The position numbers were made by a program, and so were the translations under genes. The notes beneath the pieces were generated by a model that did not search any database, was not told the origin of the DNA, and was given only the letters and a program-made list of their open reading frames with translations. This document shows positions 60,198 to 64,000 of a stretch of 64,000 bases of DNA, piece after piece; positions within the stretch are counted from its first letter, which is position 1; each line of letters opens with the position of its first letter. Source of the stretch: Sedimentisphaerales bacterium (GTDB lineage: Bacteria > Planctomycetota > Phycisphaerae > Sedimentisphaerales > Anaerobacaceae); contig JAXGYC010000007.1 of assembly GCA_040772485.1 (NCBI GenBank), forward strand, positions 160,001-224,000, read 5' to 3'.

Positions 60198-60261
60198 CCA
60201 CCCTCTGCTTGCTGGTATCACAAACTCATTCCTTCCAAAGCTATCACCGGTCTGCGGCAAG

Positions 60262-61347
60262 CTACTTGTGTAAAATCTTCAACGCGTTGGTCCGATAGAC
60301 CTTCTCCAACACCGAGTCGCCCAGCGCCAGGCCGTGCAGGGGCCAGTGGTAACTGAAATTGTCCCAGTCGTAGAAGTGCTCATCCGTCGACTCCAGAATG
60401 CGGAACGTGATCCGGTACACACCTGGGCTGAGACCCATGTCGGTGCCGTAGACAAGCCGGTCCTGATAGGTCTCGTAGAACTTAGCGGTGAATCGGGGAA
60501 TGGCGGCCGTCTCCGCGTACCGCGCAGAAATGTCCGCGTACAGGTTTGGACATTCATCGAAGAGCTTCCCCAAGCGACCGAGATCGTATGAGCAGTTGGC
60601 GAAATGGCAAGCGATGAACGTGGTGTTCGGATGCCGCTTGACCGCACGTTCGAGGATATCGACCATCCCGGTGTGGCCGACGATGCCGGGCTGATCGTCC
60701 AGTCGCCAGGTGTAGGCGTTCATCAGCCCGTCGTTGCGAGCGTCCATCGGCTCGTACATCCAATACGGATCGGCTACGTGGATGTTGATGGGCATCTTCA
60801 GATCGGCGCACTTCTCCAGCAGCCCGTCCATGCGCGGGTCATCGAGATGCATGCCCCACGCCTTGGTGGGCCGGCAGTAGACCAGCCCCTTGCCCTTGTC
60901 GCCCAGCTCGCCCACCCCCCGAGCGCCGGCGTCGAAGCAGCGTTGTAGTTCCTTGACGGCCGCAGGCCCGAAACCGGGTTGGTCGTAGCCGGTATAGTCG
61001 AACCCGCACCAGAGCTCGAACCGATCCGGATACTTCGAGTAGAGCGCCATCAGGTCGTCGAACTGCTTGCCCGTGGTTCCCGTCAGGACGACGGCCTTGG
61101 CGATACCGTGCTCGTCCATGACCCGCACCCATCGGTCCACCTGCTCGGGTGTCTTCGCATAGACGTGGGCGTGCATGTCGATTGCCGGGTAGCGGGCTTT
61201 GGCGACCTCCGTCTGTGGGATCTTGTAGACCGAGCGAGGGTGAAAATCCTTCAACAACAGCGTTTCGGGCGAAGGCTCTTCCGCCGCCGGCGACAATCTC
61301 GCGGCCCAGCACACAATCCCCACCATAATGGCAGCCATCTGCTTCAT
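60262..61347 (-). CDS. Secreted amidohydrolase family protein
   Basis: IDMHAH, GVGEL, IHVAD, ACH, YGTD. RBS AAAGGAG. Confidence 0.9.
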   Translation of the reverse strand: MKQMAAIMVGIVCWAARLSPAAEEPSPETLLLKDFHPRSVYKIPQTEVAKARYPAIDMHAHVYAKTPEQVDRWVRVMDEHGIAKAVVLTGTTGKQFDDLMALYSKYPDRFELWCGFDYTGYDQPGFGPAAVKELQRCFDAGARGVGELGDKGKGLVYCRPTKAWGMHLDDPRMDGLLEKCADLKMPINIHVADPYWMYEPMDARNDGLMNAYTWRLDDQPGIVGHTGMVDILERAVKRHPNTTFIACHFANCSYDLGRLGKLFDECPNLYADISARYAETAAIPRFTAKFYETYQDRLVYGTDMGLSPGVYRITFRILESTDEHFYDWDNFSYHWPLHGLALGDSVLEKVYRTNALKILHK

Positions 61348-61394
61348 GATCGATCTCCTTTCACATCACCTGGATGGTCTGAGCCGGCGTCGAT

Positions 61395-62966
61395 TCATGG
61401 GACCCGCCGGATGCGCAGGGCCATGTAAGGTTTCTCGGGCAAATCGATTACCGCCCGGCTCTTGTCAACATACTGGTAGCGGTCCAGCGCCTCCACCTCA
61501 AACGTCCGCTCCACCGGCACGACCGTCATGTTCCACGTGTCGATGATCTGGGCCTGGAACCGCATCCCCTCCTCGAGTTCCGCACGAGGCAGCACAAACG
61601 GCCACTTCGCCATCTGTTCCTTGCCGAAGTAGATCAGGTAGTACTGCCCTGGCTGGCCCGCCATGTTGGTTTCGTAGTACTGGTCGATCGGATCGAGCCC
61701 CCCATCCGGGCCGTCCTCGACGATCTGTCGCAGGAAGGCGATGCGGGCGGGACTGGCTCCGGCGAGCGTGCCACCCCGCGAGATCCATCCGTCGCCGTCG
61801 GACTGCACACGCGTTTCCCCATGCGTGGCATAGGCGCCGCCAATGACGGCGATCCAGAACCGATAGACCATCTCCTCGCCCGTGAGCCGGCCCCAACGCT
61901 TGGCGATGGTGCCCTCGTAGTTGATCTCGTCGTGTACGATGGGCTTGCGATAGATGTCGCGCAGCAAGGGCGAGACGCCGAAGAAACGCACCGCCATGTA
62001 GTACTGAAGGCTCACATGTGTGACCCAGGGCTTGCCGTAATCGTAGATGCGTCCGGCGTTGTGAATCGACCGCAGATGTCCGTACGGGTCCTTCGCCTGC
62101 ACCAGTTGGAACAGTCGGTCCCAGTCGGTGTCAGTCAGATGCCGTATGAAGCTGTTCTCGTTGGCCAGGGACCACCAGACATTGCGGTACGCCGCCAAAC
62201 GGGCCACAAGATAGCGTACGAAGCGGTCGTTGGTCTCCGCATCCATCGTGTCGAAGCCCCACTTGCCGCCGTCATACGGCCGAAACAGGATCACATCGGC
62301 CTCGATACCCAGATCGCGAAGCTGTACGACACACGCTTCCAGTCGCCGGAAATACTCCGGCTTGAAGCGGGAAAAATCCCAGGTCTCTTTCGATGTCCCC
62401 TCGAACGGAAAGCAGTCCAGCGCCCCGGGCCCTTCGACATAGCTCGTGCGCCAGGGCGGGACCGCCAGAAAGCGCGCCTTGTTGAAGGGGGATTGCTTGA
62501 GCGTTTCGAGAGTCTGCCGGCGTCGCTCCTCGGACTGAAACGGCCACTCGTAGATCGTCGTGCCGAACGGGTAGAACGGCGTCCCGTCGGCGTACCCGAA
62601 ATGGTACTGGTTACGGACTCGCACGGGACCGTGGCACCTGGGGGAGGGAGGGAGGCAGACAAACTGTCCTTCGTGGCCATCCAGGGCTTCGCGATTGCTT
62701 TTGGTCCGGTAGGTCCATATGCCTTCGCGGTCGGGCATGAAACGGACCTTGAAGAGACCGTCTCCATCGTGGAATCCCTCGGGCTCGAAGGCGCGATCGC
62801 CCTGCCGAAAGACGGCGCTGAACTCGATGCCGACGAACGGATTGCCTGTCGCCGGACCGGATAGCGTCAGCTCGAAGTCATCCCACATCCGAACGGATCT
62901 ATCCTCGCCCGCCGAGGCGCCCGCCCACACCAGGAAAACCAGAGCGATCCTCACCAGACGCTTCAT
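61395..62966 (-). CDS. DUF5060/DUF4038/DUF5605-type putative glycoside hydrolase (apiosidase-like)
   Basis: GPATGNPF, FKVRFMP..GIWTY, HFGYADGTPF, WWSLANE, SIHN, DEINYEG, IIDTWNMT. Confidence 0.8.
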   Translation of the reverse strand: MKRLVRIALVFLVWAGASAGEDRSVRMWDDFELTLSGPATGNPFVGIEFSAVFRQGDRAFEPEGFHDGDGLFKVRFMPDREGIWTYRTKSNREALDGHEGQFVCLPPSPRCHGPVRVRNQYHFGYADGTPFYPFGTTIYEWPFQSEERRRQTLETLKQSPFNKARFLAVPPWRTSYVEGPGALDCFPFEGTSKETWDFSRFKPEYFRRLEACVVQLRDLGIEADVILFRPYDGGKWGFDTMDAETNDRFVRYLVARLAAYRNVWWSLANENSFIRHLTDTDWDRLFQLVQAKDPYGHLRSIHNAGRIYDYGKPWVTHVSLQYYMAVRFFGVSPLLRDIYRKPIVHDEINYEGTIAKRWGRLTGEEMVYRFWIAVIGGAYATHGETRVQSDGDGWISRGGTLAGASPARIAFLRQIVEDGPDGGLDPIDQYYETNMAGQPGQYYLIYFGKEQMAKWPFVLPRAELEEGMRFQAQIIDTWNMTVVPVERTFEVEALDRYQYVDKSRAVIDLPEKPYMALRIRRVP

Positions 62967-63174
62967 ACGAATGCGTTCCCTTCTCGTCAGAGGGCCATAC
63001 CCTGCCCCGAAACCGTCTGGGCCGGGGCTCAGTAGACTCTATCGCTTCCGCCACCGTCGGGCAAGCCTTTGCCCGCCAGCGCGTAGTGACACGTAGGCAA
63101 TTGCCCCCATAGCAGGTTGAGGATTTTCCCTATGGCGGCCCCAACCCCGCCTCCGTACTATCCCAGTGCGTTGA

Positions 63175-63203
63175 CAATGTCCGTTCAACGGGGACGGACA
63201 TTG
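63175..63203. promoter_or_regulatory. Inverted repeat overlapping a TTGACA hexamer
   Basis: CAATGTCCGT-N9-ACGGACATTG; TTGACA at 63171-63176. Confidence 0.5.
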
Positions 63204-63352
63204 CGGAACGGGTGCTCTGCCATGGCAGGGCCTATGGGAAGGAGTTGGCACGCCGGCAGAGTTCCTATTGGGAACGTCAAAAGGGCACACGAAGCGGAAG
63301 AGACCGGAAGACCGACCTCGGGAAGCGATGGTGCTGGAAGGCGGGCCGAGTT

Positions 63353-63940
63353 ATGAACCACGGACGTCATAACATCTACTATGCCGACGGCGACCTAAAG
63401 AGCACAAGACCCGTGCAGGCTGCGCTCGAGCGGGCGGATGCGGCGGTATCCTGTTTCACTGACCCTGAGAAGTGTCTGAAAGCCATCCGTGACGCCGGGT
63501 GTCGGCTCCTCGTCACCAACGTCCCGGAGCCAGCGGTCGAGGGCATCAAGCTGCTGACCCGTGTCCGGCACGTCGCACCCTGGTTGCCGGTCATCATGCT
63601 GGTCGAACCCGGTCAGATCGACACCGCCGTCCAGGCTATGAAGGCCGGCGCCACAGATTGCCTGGAGCGGCCTCCTCAGACGAGCCGGCTGCTGGCAGCC
63701 GTGAATCAGGCGCTCCACCGAACGGACGTCACGACACCGTCGAAACCTCTGACGGAGGTGGAACAGGCGGTGCTGCACCTCGTGCTGCAAGGAAAGACCA
63801 ACGGTGAAATCGCCGCCGAACTCCATCGATCCCGACGCACGGTGGAAGTCCATCGCGCCAATATCATGACGAAGCTCGGAGCACGTCATATCGTCGACCT
63901 CGTGCGTCACGCCGGCCTTGCCGGCCTGACGGACATGTAA
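63353..63940 (+). CDS. FixJ/NarL-family response regulator with atypical receiver domain
   Basis: C-terminal LuxR HTH (LTEVE..VL..GKTNGEIA..SRRTVEVHRANIMTKL). Receiver fold AVQAMKAGA with degenerate acidic pocket. Confidence 0.9.
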   Translation: MNHGRHNIYYADGDLKSTRPVQAALERADAAVSCFTDPEKCLKAIRDAGCRLLVTNVPEPAVEGIKLLTRVRHVAPWLPVIMLVEPGQIDTAVQAMKAGATDCLERPPQTSRLLAAVNQALHRTDVTTPSKPLTEVEQAVLHLVLQGKTNGEIAAELHRSRRTVEVHRANIMTKLGARHIVDLVRHAGLAGLTDM

Positions 63941-64000
63941 ATCCGCTGATCGCGACGTTTGTCCCACAGACGCACCGGTATCATGCCCAACAGGCTTGCA

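Overview
Bacterial chromosomal window with high GC, probably from Planctomycetota (Phycisphaerae-like). The taxon is inferred from a LEPRxLL motif protein and the gene repertoire, not proven. Positions 1-17.2 kb hold a minus-strand Wzx/Wzy-type surface polysaccharide locus: wza, wzc, O-antigen-ligase/TPR, LamG+beta-helix, flippase, deacetylase, acyltransferases, Wzy-like, GT4 and a bi-domain oxidoreductase that runs off the left edge. Its distal half is more AT-rich and carries a short IS5-family scar. The locus is headed (17.8-20.8 kb) by a small secreted protein, two tandem paralogous acidic secreted proteins of unknown function and a miniature LEPRxLL protein. At 23-27.5 kb lies a lexA-DUF72-dnaE cassette without imuA/imuB, whose sigma70 promoter is overlapped by a perfect inverted repeat (candidate new LexA box). 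At 33.9-37.1 kb is a PLD nuclease / RNase H-like exonuclease / Smr-less MutS2 operon. The rest is housekeeping and metabolic genes (macrodomain, ADHs, ferritin-like, AI-2E, RNase HII-like, G1P dehydrogenase, AarF+phasin, GT4+GH57, beta-CASP MBL, SlyD-like), a run of secreted carbohydrate-active enzymes (46-63 kb) and an atypical FixJ/LuxR response regulator. No rRNA, tRNA or CRISPR array was recognised. All assignments come from motif recognition by eye; no database search was run.
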